From a virus: a stretch of 64,000 bases of DNA. Below are positions 30,495 to 39,824 of the stretch, piece by piece. Position numbers and translations under genes: made by a program. The notes below the pieces were generated by a model. That model saw only the letters and a list, made by a program, of their open reading frames with translations. It did not search any database and was not told where the DNA came from. Within the stretch, counting starts at the first letter, position 1; each line of letters begins with the position of its first letter. The stretch covers positions 32,001 to 96,000 of the IMG/VR virus record IMGVR_UViG_3300030329_003696. One strand, written 5' to 3'.

Positions 30495-31567
30495 ACCTCC
30501 TCTACTGATAAATCGTTATGCGTTCTGTTAACTCTTACAAATCTTGCTGTTTTACTGAAATCCTTTAGTGACGTAGCACCGGTGTATGCACAGGCACTAC
30601 GAACGCCACCGAGTATGTCGTTAACAACCAACTCGGCTTTACCTTTGTATGGAATCTCCTTGACTCTACCCTCACTAGATCTGTAACTGAGTAGTCCATC
30701 TCCATGTTTTTCTTGTGCTTTTTTAGAGGACATGCCATAGAACACAAGTGACTTCTTCTCGTGCGTGTCTGCATATTTAATCCACTCGCCTTCACACTCT
30801 TCTGTGCCAGCTAGCATACCGCCAAGCATGACAAAGTCGGCTCCTGCTGCATAAGCTTTAGCTACATCTGCTGGATAGCGACATCCACCATCTGCACAAA
30901 TCAGTCCCAGCCTGCCAGTGTCAGAACGTAATCCATGAGCAACATGGGAGCATTCAGCAATAGCGGAAAGTTGTGGATAGCCGACCCCAGCTTTAAGCCT
31001 TGTTGTGCAAGCAGAGCCGGGACCAATACCGACTTTAACAATGTCAACTTCTCCGTGTAAAATTAGTTCCGATACCATCTCTGGGGTGGCTACGTTGCCA
31101 GCCATGATGATTGAATTGGGAAACTCTAGCCTGACTTTAGCACAATAGTCAATAAACTTTTCTGTGTATCCATTGGCTATGTCGATACAAATGTTGGGCT
31201 GAATTGATGTATTATCTTCAATTTTGAACAAACGTTCAAGTTCATGTTCAACGTCCATACCAATACTAACCCATACATTGCTCTCCACGTTATAGTACTT
31301 ATAGTACCCCTCTATAGCATCTGAACTGTAGTATTTATGTAAGCACGTTATTGCTTCATGATTGTTCAGGGATATACCCATATTAAAAGTGCCGGTAGTG
31401 TCCATATTTGCAGCCATGAGCGGTACACCATGCCACTCTTTATCGGACCAATAAAACTTAAAGTTCCGTTTTAAATTTACTTCCTTTCGACTCGCAGCAT
31501 ATGACCTTTGTGGTACGAGTAAGACATCATCGAAGTCTAATTTAATGTCATTATCAATTTTGAGCAT
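30491..31567 (-). CDS. guaC: GMP reductase
   Basis: LDFDDVL, AANMD, DIANGY, KVGIGPGSACTTR, FYGMSS, SEG. Confidence 0.93.
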   Translation of the reverse strand: MLKIDNDIKLDFDDVLLVPQRSYAASRKEVNLKRNFKFYWSDKEWHGVPLMAANMDTTGTFNMGISLNNHEAITCLHKYYSSDAIEGYYKYYNVESNVWVSIGMDVEHELERLFKIEDNTSIQPNICIDIANGYTEKFIDYCAKVRLEFPNSIIMAGNVATPEMVSELILHGEVDIVKVGIGPGSACTTRLKAGVGYPQLSAIAECSHVAHGLRSDTGRLGLICADGGCRYPADVAKAYAAGADFVMLGGMLAGTEECEGEWIKYADTHEKKSLVFYGMSSKKAQEKHGDGLLSYRSSEGRVKEIPYKGKAELVVNDILGGVRSACAYTGATSLKDFSKTARFVRVNRTHNDLSVEEV

Positions 31568-33008
31568 CTTCTTCCTCTATATCAAATGGTAAATCTGAAC
31601 CCTCAATTATGCCTCCCTCTGGGGAAGAGCGAACCTCGTCTCTAGTTCTAAGCTCTAGGAGTTGAGAGTGAGACCCTATCATATTCATATTAATGTAATT
31701 CCCATCAAGAAGTCCAGCCCCATGCCTAGCTTTGAGGGTAACTAGCTTTCTATTACCCGAGCTTGGACCGTCCTCTGCTAGCTCCTCTGCCGACTTTAAT
31801 TTAAATATGGAGAATGACGTGCATAACCAGATGAGTCTGTCAGATCCACTCACAGCGTCTGTAGATTCCTTTGTTATCCCGTCCCTATTGAGTTGTACAA
31901 AGGAAAGGCAAGGGAAATCTAATTTTACCGCGAGATTATGAAGATTGGTGATCTGAAAACCCAACGCTTGATATTCCTGCATATTGTTATTGATTGAGCT
32001 AGAGGACATTAGCTTTAGGTAATCGTATACAACTAGACAGTCGTTAGTTTTTCCAAACTCGTCTTGACCAACCTCTTGCATAATCCAACGCTTTATTGTG
32101 TTGAGTATGGTTTCAAACGGGGCACCAGCAACACTCACATATGTGTAGGGAATATCCCTAATCTCCTCCATAGCATTGCGAACTTTTATTAGCTTTTCAT
32201 CATCCTCAGAAAATCGTCCGGTAGAAACTTCTTCGATTGGAACTCCACTAATGTTAGAAAGGATTCTGTTGAGGTGATCTTCCTTGCTCATTTCGGTATC
32301 CAGCATCAACACTGGAATACCTTTACGGGCATTGTGTAGTGCTACATTATCAGCAAAAACTGACTTACCAACCCCGGGGCGAGCAGATACAAGATCGACA
32401 CACTTACGCCGTAAGCCACCACCGACAACAGCATCAAACCGAGGGAAGCCACTTGATAGTCCGATTTGGTCACACTTATTCTCCACCAAAAAATCTAAAT
32501 ACTCATCTATGTCATCTCCGAGCTTTTCCGGCTTTTGACCAATCTCATCATTTCTGAGAAATTCTGTTATTGGGTTCTCAATTAAGTTGACAATTTCATC
32601 TATAGATTCATCGCCTTTTATCTCGTCGATATCCTTTGATATTTTATGAGCAACCTTCTTGGCCTGTCTAGCCAGTTCAAACTTTTTGATTTGGGCAGCA
32701 AAGTGAGGAACGTTTTCCCTCTTCACTGGGTAATCCATTAAGGCGTTTATATACTCAAGCTCCTGCTTTGTGTGAACGCACTCAGACAAATTCAACTGTT
32801 CGGCAGCAGAAAGTATGGACGGTATATCTACGTGAGCATCCGACCTTAAAATTTTCTCAATACATTTAAATAGTACCTGATTGTTTCTGTGTGCAAAACT
32901 ATTATGCGTTAGAAAATCAGATATCTCAACATATGATTCGACACCAAAAGAGAAGAGACCGGCTAGAACAGCTCTTTCGGAACCGAGATCTGACAATTTA
33001 GAATCCAT
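31554..33008 (-). CDS. dnaB: replicative DnaB-like helicase
   Basis: SERAVL, ARPGVGKS, DTEM, YDYL, QLNR, KARHG. Confidence 0.92.
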   Translation of the reverse strand: MDSKLSDLGSERAVLAGLFSFGVESYVEISDFLTHNSFAHRNNQVLFKCIEKILRSDAHVDIPSILSAAEQLNLSECVHTKQELEYINALMDYPVKRENVPHFAAQIKKFELARQAKKVAHKISKDIDEIKGDESIDEIVNLIENPITEFLRNDEIGQKPEKLGDDIDEYLDFLVENKCDQIGLSSGFPRFDAVVGGGLRRKCVDLVSARPGVGKSVFADNVALHNARKGIPVLMLDTEMSKEDHLNRILSNISGVPIEEVSTGRFSEDDEKLIKVRNAMEEIRDIPYTYVSVAGAPFETILNTIKRWIMQEVGQDEFGKTNDCLVVYDYLKLMSSSSINNNMQEYQALGFQITNLHNLAVKLDFPCLSFVQLNRDGITKESTDAVSGSDRLIWLCTSFSIFKLKSAEELAEDGPSSGNRKLVTLKARHGAGLLDGNYINMNMIGSHSQLLELRTRDEVRSSPEGGIIEGSDLPFDIEEEDAQN

Positions 33009-33009
33009 A

Positions 33010-33429
33010 CTACCTTCCTGTGCAACGATTGCATCTTGTAAATTCGCCGTAGATTAAGTTCTCGTTGATGTGAAAGTTCTTGCCGCACACATGGCACTCA
33101 ACCTGAATCTTTTTAGCTCTGCCACGATTTCGGACTGTTTTACCCATACGTTCAAATTTTTCTGGATCGAAGTCCGGATCTCTATCCTCTCCTGTATCCA
33201 CCCATTGATTTTTTCTACCTCTCACTGGAGTTTTCCTTTGGTCTAAATCATTTTGTTTTATAACTTTAAAATCCTCAGAAATGTTTGACTGAGGCTCCGG
33301 AGGTGCTACGTCCTCCTGTGTTTCGGGAGCATCGCTTTTTGCATTACTGCTTAAAAGCTGATCTATTAAATTTGACTTCTGCTCCGGCGTTAGTGATTCT
33401 AACAATGCTTTTACAAGGTCGTCACTCAT
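33010..33429 (-). CDS. hypothetical protein with C-terminal Zn ribbon
   Basis: CHVC..CNRC. Confidence 0.6.
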   Translation of the reverse strand: MSDDLVKALLESLTPEQKSNLIDQLLSSNAKSDAPETQEDVAPPEPQSNISEDFKVIKQNDLDQRKTPVRGRKNQWVDTGEDRDPDFDPEKFERMGKTVRNRGRAKKIQVECHVCGKNFHINENLIYGEFTRCNRCTGR

Positions 33430-33890
33430 TTTCTCTTCCCTTTTTCTATTAGAATATCTGCCTTACGGCGAACGTTGTACTCTCTACTCTTAATGTTTTC
33501 TAGTCTGCCCTCCGCAGTCAATTTCCACTCGTTTATCTTTGCCGCTAAATCGTCATTGCGTAGAATTGTTGCGACTTTGGTTTCATGTTTAGCGTATTGA
33601 TCCCAAACGCCACCATTTAGCTCTTCGCATATTATACTTTGCAAGGCATTTCCGCACCACCTGACTACATTTTCGCAGTGTGCCTTCTCTCTAGAAACGT
33701 GGTCAGCAAATTGGTAGAGCTGATACGCATAATTAAAACATTCATCTTGTTTTAAGTTTTCCATATCCTCTATTGAAAGAGTTTCGGGTATTATAAAGTC
33801 TGGTTTAAATGCGGTAGGGACTACATTCTTAGCTGCAATGTATGCATCTATTCCGTCCAAAAAATGTTTTAGTCTATCTGCTGCGTTCAA
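33426..33890 (-). CDS. hypothetical helical protein (positionally UvsY-like)
   Basis: TTG start with GGAG RBS; helical, near recA; function is inference only. Confidence 0.5.
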   Translation of the reverse strand: MNAADRLKHFLDGIDAYIAAKNVVPTAFKPDFIIPETLSIEDMENLKQDECFNYAYQLYQFADHVSREKAHCENVVRWCGNALQSIICEELNGGVWDQYAKHETKVATILRNDDLAAKINEWKLTAEGRLENIKSREYNVRRKADILIEKGKRK

Positions 33891-34290
33891 TTTGTTCTCT
33901 CCAATACTCTGGTGAATCATCCCACCTAAGTTCAACTAGGTTTATGTCGTTCGTACGACACCACTCTCTTTTATCCATGTCTCTTTTCTTAGCCATAGCA
34001 AATCCTGCCTTGCTTTTATGAAAGTACGGAGTATATTTATAATGCTGTTGTCCATGAACCTCAATACCCATTATAGCACTCGGTATGTAGAAGTCAAGGT
34101 ATAGAACAGATTTTTTTGAGGGTTTTACAGATCCCGGTAATTTAACCTCTTCGTAGATATTATAGCCACGAAACATTTCTTTCAATAGAACTCTTGCAAT
34201 TTTATGATAGAAGGAGCAATTTTCTCTCTGCTTGGTGTACTTTTTTAAGTCTAGATTATACTCTCTACCGTTTAACCCAGTCACCTTCAT
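33874..34290 (-). CDS. DUF559/Vsr-like endonuclease
   Basis: YLDFYIP..IEVHGQQHY..D..K..WC. Confidence 0.7.
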   Translation of the reverse strand: MKVTGLNGREYNLDLKKYTKQRENCSFYHKIARVLLKEMFRGYNIYEEVKLPGSVKPSKKSVLYLDFYIPSAIMGIEVHGQQHYKYTPYFHKSKAGFAMAKKRDMDKREWCRTNDINLVELRWDDSPEYWREQIERSR

Positions 34291-35405
34291 AGCAGTACTT
34301 CTCTAATTTGCTCATATAAGAACTGGGTTATAGTCTCATTTGTTTCTAGAAAGTTGGTGACCTTCTCCATACCTTGAAACTTGAATGCTTTCGTGATAGC
34401 TTCTTCATCTTCTAGGTCTACTTCATTATCTATTAACCAACTTTTTATTACCGGATCTTCTTTGTTGTCTATCGCACACGTTATAGTGTACCAAGCACCG
34501 CTACGTTCGATCATAGCAAACTCACTTGCTATCTGAGATATCTCCTGACACTCATCGATTCCTACCCCATATCTAATCCAGCTCTCGGTAGTTTTCAGTG
34601 GTGTTCCACCTGCGGCAGAGGTCTTAATTAACCAGTTTGCAACCTGCCCAACGTGTTGCCCAGAGTCTTTTGGAACCTCCCATTTTCCTCGGTGCGTGAT
34701 AACCATATTGGTTCCAGCTTGATACTGAAGCATGTTTCCACAATCCGCCATCTTGGAAGGTGCCCAGCGACTACCTCCGGTATTTGCTATGTTGTGTGTA
34801 ATAAAAATTACTATAGCTTTCATTCTGGATACGTCGCCGCTTATACGCTTAAAAAACATTGACAACAATCTTGGTAGGGCGTTGCGTACACCGGTTCTGA
34901 TTTCCCCTTCTATTTCATCTTTGGGAACCATGTTGGAGGTGGAGTCTACTATCGCCACTAGGTCTGGCGTTTGTTTGATGTATGACTCTAATGCGTTGAG
35001 GTACTTCTCGGCTGGCACAATAGGCTCTTCATCTGTAGCTTGCATCACCTCAATAGCACCTATATCAAGATCTTTGATGCCCTTGAAATTTTCCTTAGTC
35101 AGCCTTCCCTCGGTATTTAGATAAACAACATTCTTCCCCTCTTTTTGGGCTTTGGCCGCAAAGTATAAGGCCGTAGTTGTTTTTCCAGTTTTGGGGTCGC
35201 CAGTCATAACAACACAGCTCCCTTCTCTGAGACCGCCGCCCAATGCTATGTCCAATGCTGGAGATATACCGATGGTTTTAAAGTTCTCAAGTGACTCTAA
35301 AACAGCGGAGCCAGACTGAACAATACGCCCATATTTTTTATTTATGATGTTTGTGACTGGGTTATCGCTTTTTGCGACCTCGGTCTTCTTCGTTTTCTTC
35401 GCCAT
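34287..35405 (-). CDS. recA: RecA/UvsX-like recombinase
   Basis: LDIALGGG, GDPKTGKTT, LNTEGR, IVDS, YGVGID, SGAWY. Confidence 0.88.
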   Translation of the reverse strand: MAKKTKKTEVAKSDNPVTNIINKKYGRIVQSGSAVLESLENFKTIGISPALDIALGGGLREGSCVVMTGDPKTGKTTTALYFAAKAQKEGKNVVYLNTEGRLTKENFKGIKDLDIGAIEVMQATDEEPIVPAEKYLNALESYIKQTPDLVAIVDSTSNMVPKDEIEGEIRTGVRNALPRLLSMFFKRISGDVSRMKAIVIFITHNIANTGGSRWAPSKMADCGNMLQYQAGTNMVITHRGKWEVPKDSGQHVGQVANWLIKTSAAGGTPLKTTESWIRYGVGIDECQEISQIASEFAMIERSGAWYTITCAIDNKEDPVIKSWLIDNEVDLEDEEAITKAFKFQGMEKVTNFLETNETITQFLYEQIREVLL

Positions 35406-35847
35406 TTTCAAATTTCCTTAGAGTGTCAAACAGGTTTCTTCTACCGTACTTCTTTTTCTGGTGGGAAGCATTCTTCTTAACGTCAATCTCTTGACATTTT
35501 TCGGTCTGGTCATTTAATAATAGCTGATACTTGCGAATAATACCAATGGCTTTTGGATGATTAAGAGAAAAAATACTCTTAAACTCATCTGAGTGAATAG
35601 CCTTTACCAGAGCTTCCTCGGATATTTTATGGTCTTTCAATATTTTATTAGCCGCAAACATTTGCTTCTTAAATGTCCAGTCCCAAGGCTTTTTGTTCCA
35701 AAATTTATAGGGTAAAGATCCTTTGTTCTTTCTCTCGGCATTTCTCTTACACATTATCTCAGCTACGTACGCAGCACAGGTACAGTAATCCCCAGTGCTC
35801 TCGTGTTTATACCTACTTTTCTGACTTCGCTTTCGTTTTTTCTTCAT
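35362..35847 (-). CDS. basic hypothetical protein
   Basis: ORF overlapping neighbours. Confidence 0.6.
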   Translation of the reverse strand: MKKKRKRSQKSRYKHESTGDYCTCAAYVAEIMCKRNAERKNKGSLPYKFWNKKPWDWTFKKQMFAANKILKDHKISEEALVKAIHSDEFKSIFSLNHPKAIGIIRKYQLLLNDQTEKCQEIDVKKNASHQKKKYGRRNLFDTLRKFENGEENEEDRGRKKR

Positions 35848-36250
35848 TGTAAATAATCGCCTCTTCAAAACAGTCCTCAATTTCATCCTCGTATTCCAAG
35901 TCTTTAAGTAGTTCGGGTATCATCCACATCTGTTTATGAATTAACCCGTCATCCTTAAGCAAACCGAGCGTTAGGAAGTTGGTTGTCCCTGCTCCCATCT
36001 CACCCATAGCAGATCTAACCAAATAAATTCCAGCGGGATCTCCTATGTCTAAAACACACTTGTGAGACCTAAACTGTAGATGCATCTCTTTTACAAAAGT
36101 CTTTTTAGACTCACAGTGTTTTTTAACTTTCGCCCAAGTCTCGTGTTTGCCGTCAAAGAAAAAGTGCTTTCCATCTTTAGTCATTACCTTAACCCAAACC
36201 TTATCCTTGTTTGAACTCCTGTAATGTTCCCTCCATTTTTCCTCGTCCAT
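35813..36250 (-). CDS. hypothetical protein
   Basis: ORF with GGAG RBS. Confidence 0.6.
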   Translation of the reverse strand: MDEEKWREHYRSSNKDKVWVKVMTKDGKHFFFDGKHETWAKVKKHCESKKTFVKEMHLQFRSHKCVLDIGDPAGIYLVRSAMGEMGAGTTNFLTLGLLKDDGLIHKQMWMIPELLKDLEYEDEIEDCFEEAIIYNEEKTKAKSEK

Positions 36251-36251
36251 A

Positions 36252-36551
36252 CTACTCTCCCTTAATTGTTGTTACGCAGGAAGGTCTCTTTTTTGCATTG
36301 AATTCGACTCTTCTGGAGTCAGCCATCTCGGAGGCAGATTGTGTCATAACGGTAGACCCCTTTTCGTTTCTGCCGAACTGTTGATATAAAAGGCTGTCCT
36401 CTGTTTTTTTCTCTTTTGGTAATGTGCCTAGAAATTTTTTCACGCTAGACTTCGCCCTATCGAGATCTTTACATAGCGTGTCTAAGTCAACGCTCTTATG
36501 GTGTTCTAGGTAAAATCTTTCAGCCTTGCTTAGTGGTCCTTTTTTAGTCAT
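36252..36551 (-). CDS. hypothetical protein (possible HTH)
   Basis: LSKAERFYL..LCKDLDRAKSSVKKF. Confidence 0.55.
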   Translation of the reverse strand: MTKKGPLSKAERFYLEHHKSVDLDTLCKDLDRAKSSVKKFLGTLPKEKKTEDSLLYQQFGRNEKGSTVMTQSASEMADSRRVEFNAKKRPSCVTTIKGE

Positions 36552-36876
36552 TTAAAAATCCTCTCTGAGCCTTTGTTAAGTAAATTGAATTATTAGTTTT
36601 TAAATATGTGATATAAAAATCAAATGTCGCTTTTGATACCCTTCTAATCTTTGTGTCTATGAATTTTTCACGCTTGCCGTAAGGCCCGTTTGGGTCGAAT
36701 AAGCTACTCTGATGTATCTTAGCAAAATAACTCTCATTGCCGTCTTCAGTTGTTATAACTTTAGCGTAATGGGAAATTATATACTTCTTTTCTTCTTCTA
36801 TTAAATTCCCAGTTTTATCAAAAAGACTTATACGGCTCGTATTCTTCTCTATATAACCCTCACCTATATACTTCAT
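36544..36876 (-). CDS. hypothetical protein
   Basis: coupled ORF. Confidence 0.6.
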   Translation of the reverse strand: MKYIGEGYIEKNTSRISLFDKTGNLIEEEKKYIISHYAKVITTEDGNESYFAKIHQSSLFDPNGPYGKREKFIDTKIRRVSKATFDFYITYLKTNNSIYLTKAQRGFLND

Positions 36877-37229
36877 TTTTTACCCTCCATTATATATTTA
36901 GCTTTCTGTTTATTTGTCATTGAGTTTATCTCTTTTGATGTAGCGTTTCCGTGTTTATGGTACCATGCCTTACTCTCTTTCGGTTTAGATTCATTTTTCT
37001 TGTGCGTTTCTTCTGCGATTTTATTTTTATTGGCACTCGCATTCTTATCTGCGATGCTACCTATAGTATTAGAGCCTTTTACAAAACTATGAACTCCTCC
37101 CGTTATAACCCTATATAAGGCGGGTTCCTTGCATTCTGGGCAGAAGGATAATGGGTCGTCATTAAAAGACTGCTTGACATCTAAAATTTGATGTGAGCAT
37201 TTTTCACATTCGTAATCATATAGTGGCAT
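36873..37229 (-). CDS. FmdB-family zinc ribbon protein
   Basis: MPLYDYECEKC..CPEC. Confidence 0.85.
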   Translation of the reverse strand: MPLYDYECEKCSHQILDVKQSFNDDPLSFCPECKEPALYRVITGGVHSFVKGSNTIGSIADKNASANKNKIAEETHKKNESKPKESKAWYHKHGNATSKEINSMTNKQKAKYIMEGKK

Positions 37230-37892
37230 TTAATTCTCCAATGCAGTTAGTACCCTGCCTATTATATCATTTCTCTGTATATCTTCGTATCCCAACCTAC
37301 AGATACCCACCCCGTCGATGCCCTCAAGTTTGGATATGCAGTAGTCTAGGCCACTCCTTCCTCGGAGGTCGTCTTGGTTAACATCTCCATTGATGAGAAC
37401 CTTACTGTTCTTTCCCATCCGAGTTATGAACATCTTGATTTGTTCGGTTGTACAGTTTTGTGCTTCGTCTAATATCATGTAAGCATTATGAAAAGTTGAA
37501 CCCCTCATTATTTCCAATGGCTTATATAGTATCTGCCCCTCGTTATCGTAGTGGCCATAATAGGATCTTCCAAAGAAAAACTTTAGATTCTCTTGCATTG
37601 GTAGTAGGTAAGGTGCTATTTTTTCACCAAGTTCTCCCGGTAAAGAACCAATATCCTTTCCTGTGCAAACCAATGGTCTAGTAATAATTATCTGTTCTAT
37701 GTCTCCTCTGTGTAGATGTTCTGCTGCTATACCGGCAGCGACAAAAGACTTGCCTGAACCCGATGGGCCAGAGCAGAACACGATATCGTTCTCTACAATT
37801 GATCTTATATATATTTTTTGGTTTTCTGTTTTTGCTTCAACATGCTGTACTTTGGGCTTTTCTTCTCTTCTGGTTCTTCTATTTCTCGCCAT
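37230..37892 (-). CDS. phoH: PhoH-like ATPase
   Basis: GPSGSGKS, LPGE..EK, MRGSTF, LDEAQN, TRMG, GDVNQ. Confidence 0.93.
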   Translation of the reverse strand: MARNRRTRREEKPKVQHVEAKTENQKIYIRSIVENDIVFCSGPSGSGKSFVAAGIAAEHLHRGDIEQIIITRPLVCTGKDIGSLPGELGEKIAPYLLPMQENLKFFFGRSYYGHYDNEGQILYKPLEIMRGSTFHNAYMILDEAQNCTTEQIKMFITRMGKNSKVLINGDVNQDDLRGRSGLDYCISKLEGIDGVGICRLGYEDIQRNDIIGRVLTALEN

Positions 37893-37912
37893 TTATTGTT
37901 ACCTTCTAGGAA

Positions 37913-38353
37913 TTACAGGTCAGTTTCTTTAATAAAGATTCCGTCAACCATCCTACCTTTTCTATCCTTGATATCGTCCCAAGCCTTCGACAGACAATCT
38001 GCGAGACTTAACTTGTTCCGTTCTGCTATATTTAGTAGAACGACGATCATGTCTCCAATGTCGTCAGACACGTCCTCGCCTTTACAGATGTTGTCGGAAA
38101 GCTCACCGGCTTCCTGTATCAGTTTAGCAAATTGGTCTTTATCTGTTGACCCATCAATGAGATTACGATCATGGTGCCAGCCAACGATCTTTTTTACGTA
38201 GTCGTCGGTAGATAGATTTTCTTGCACTGTAATCCATTCTGGGTAACTATTAAAAACAACATCTTGTTTCACTCCGTGAACAGTCTCTAGTTTGTACCTG
38301 TGTAGTTGATCCATTCTAGCGTCTTGGTCGGGATGTGAGTTTTTTCCTGTCAT
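37913..38353 (-). CDS. mazG: MazG-like NTP pyrophosphohydrolase
   Basis: KLIQEAGEL, DDIGD, IKDRKG. Confidence 0.8.
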   Translation of the reverse strand: MTGKNSHPDQDARMDQLHRYKLETVHGVKQDVVFNSYPEWITVQENLSTDDYVKKIVGWHHDRNLIDGSTDKDQFAKLIQEAGELSDNICKGEDVSDDIGDMIVVLLNIAERNKLSLADCLSKAWDDIKDRKGRMVDGIFIKETDL

Positions 38354-39423
38354 AGTTTCATATCTCCAAAGTCCATATCGTCCAAATCGTTTTTACTAGC
38401 ACCTATTTTATAACTAGTGATCTCGTGTTCTTGAGGTGCAACCTGAACACTCTCACTCTGCATCCACGCCTGAGTCCATCCTGCTATTGGGTTCTTGCCG
38501 ACATTCTCGTAAGGTAGCCCAATCATTTTTCTTCTGCTCATACAAAGCCAGTCAACATATTGATGCAAAACTGTTTCGTTGAGACCGATAATTGAACCAT
38601 CCTTAAATAGGTAAGACGCCCACTTCTTTTCCTCCTCTGCGGCGTTTTCAAACATTTTTACCGCATCTTCTTCGCACTGTTGAGCAATCTTGGTGAAACC
38701 CTCTGATTCTTCTTTTTGCAATATTTTAAGTATTTCTTTCGTGTTTGTTAGGTGTAACGCTTCGTCTCTTTTGATTAGTTTAATAATGTCCGCATTTCCT
38801 ACCATTTTTTTATTTTCAGCGAAAGCAAAACTGCAAACAAAGCTAACATAAAATCTAACGGCTTCTAGGATATTAATGCTCATTACGGTCATATATATTT
38901 GCTTCTTGAGGTCTGAAGGTTTGTTTTTATCACAAGCCATCCCCATCAGATTGTTATAATCACGAATGGCACCGTTTGCACGTTTCATGATTTCTTTATC
39001 CTCATAAATCCCCCCAAAGACCTCTGAGCTGTCTGCATACACGTTTTGAATAATGTATGAGTAAGATTGGCTATGAATTTTTTCAAAGAACTGCCACGTC
39101 ATGAGGCAGGCCTCTAGCTCTGTATTTGTAACAAACTCTAGTAAGGTTGGTACGCCTCGACAAATTACGCTGTCGAGCATAGTTTGATACTTCAAGTTAG
39201 AGGTGAAGATAAATTTCTCATTATCTGACATCTCTTTAAAATCTCCACGATCTTTTTTTAGCTCTATCTCTTCCGGCCTCCAGAAGTTCATCATCTGCTT
39301 ACTGTCAAGATCCTTAAAGATTGGATACTTAAGAACGTCGTAACGCTGAACACCTAAATCCTTCCCCAGAAATAGGGGTTGTGTCATTGGGTCTACGTTC
39401 TTGGTGTTGAAAATAGTCTTCAT
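38350..39423 (-). CDS. nrdB: class Ia ribonucleotide reductase beta subunit
   Basis: FWRPEE, EKIHSQSY, LEAVRFYVSF, RDEALH, VAPQE. Confidence 0.95.
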   Translation of the reverse strand: MKTIFNTKNVDPMTQPLFLGKDLGVQRYDVLKYPIFKDLDSKQMMNFWRPEEIELKKDRGDFKEMSDNEKFIFTSNLKYQTMLDSVICRGVPTLLEFVTNTELEACLMTWQFFEKIHSQSYSYIIQNVYADSSEVFGGIYEDKEIMKRANGAIRDYNNLMGMACDKNKPSDLKKQIYMTVMSINILEAVRFYVSFVCSFAFAENKKMVGNADIIKLIKRDEALHLTNTKEILKILQKEESEGFTKIAQQCEEDAVKMFENAAEEEKKWASYLFKDGSIIGLNETVLHQYVDWLCMSRRKMIGLPYENVGKNPIAGWTQAWMQSESVQVAPQEHEITSYKIGASKNDLDDMDFGDMKL

Positions 39424-39824
39424 TTTTTTTTGGCCTCTTGAATTTTTTGCCTTAAACCGGATGATGAATACCCGAACCTCTTGCAGTAATGAATTTCTAT
39501 GTCTAACTCACTACCAGTAAAGTCCGTCTTTGTTATGTAGTCTTCGCCTAAGAATCTGATATGATAGTCACCACTTTTTAATATGACATACAGGTCTTCC
39601 TCAGTCTCGTAGGGTATTATTTCATCAATAAACACGTTTGATTTTAATCTTAGGTATCTTTGATAAACCGTCTCTATTGGTTTGTTTTTATCTGGTCTAT
39701 CAATTGTTGGGTCGGTGTGTAAGCCTACTGTAAGTTTTCTACAGTGCTTTTTGCACTCTTCCAACATAAGTATATGACCGGCATGACATAGATCAAAAGC
39801 CGAACAGGTGAAACCGTTTTTCAT
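39420..39824 (-). CDS. cytidylyltransferase (TagD-like) between nrdA and nrdB
   Basis: AFDLCHAGH, LGEDY, YSSS. Confidence 0.85.
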   Translation of the reverse strand: MKNGFTCSAFDLCHAGHILMLEECKKHCRKLTVGLHTDPTIDRPDKNKPIETVYQRYLRLKSNVFIDEIIPYETEEDLYVILKSGDYHIRFLGEDYITKTDFTGSELDIEIHYCKRFGYSSSGLRQKIQEAKKK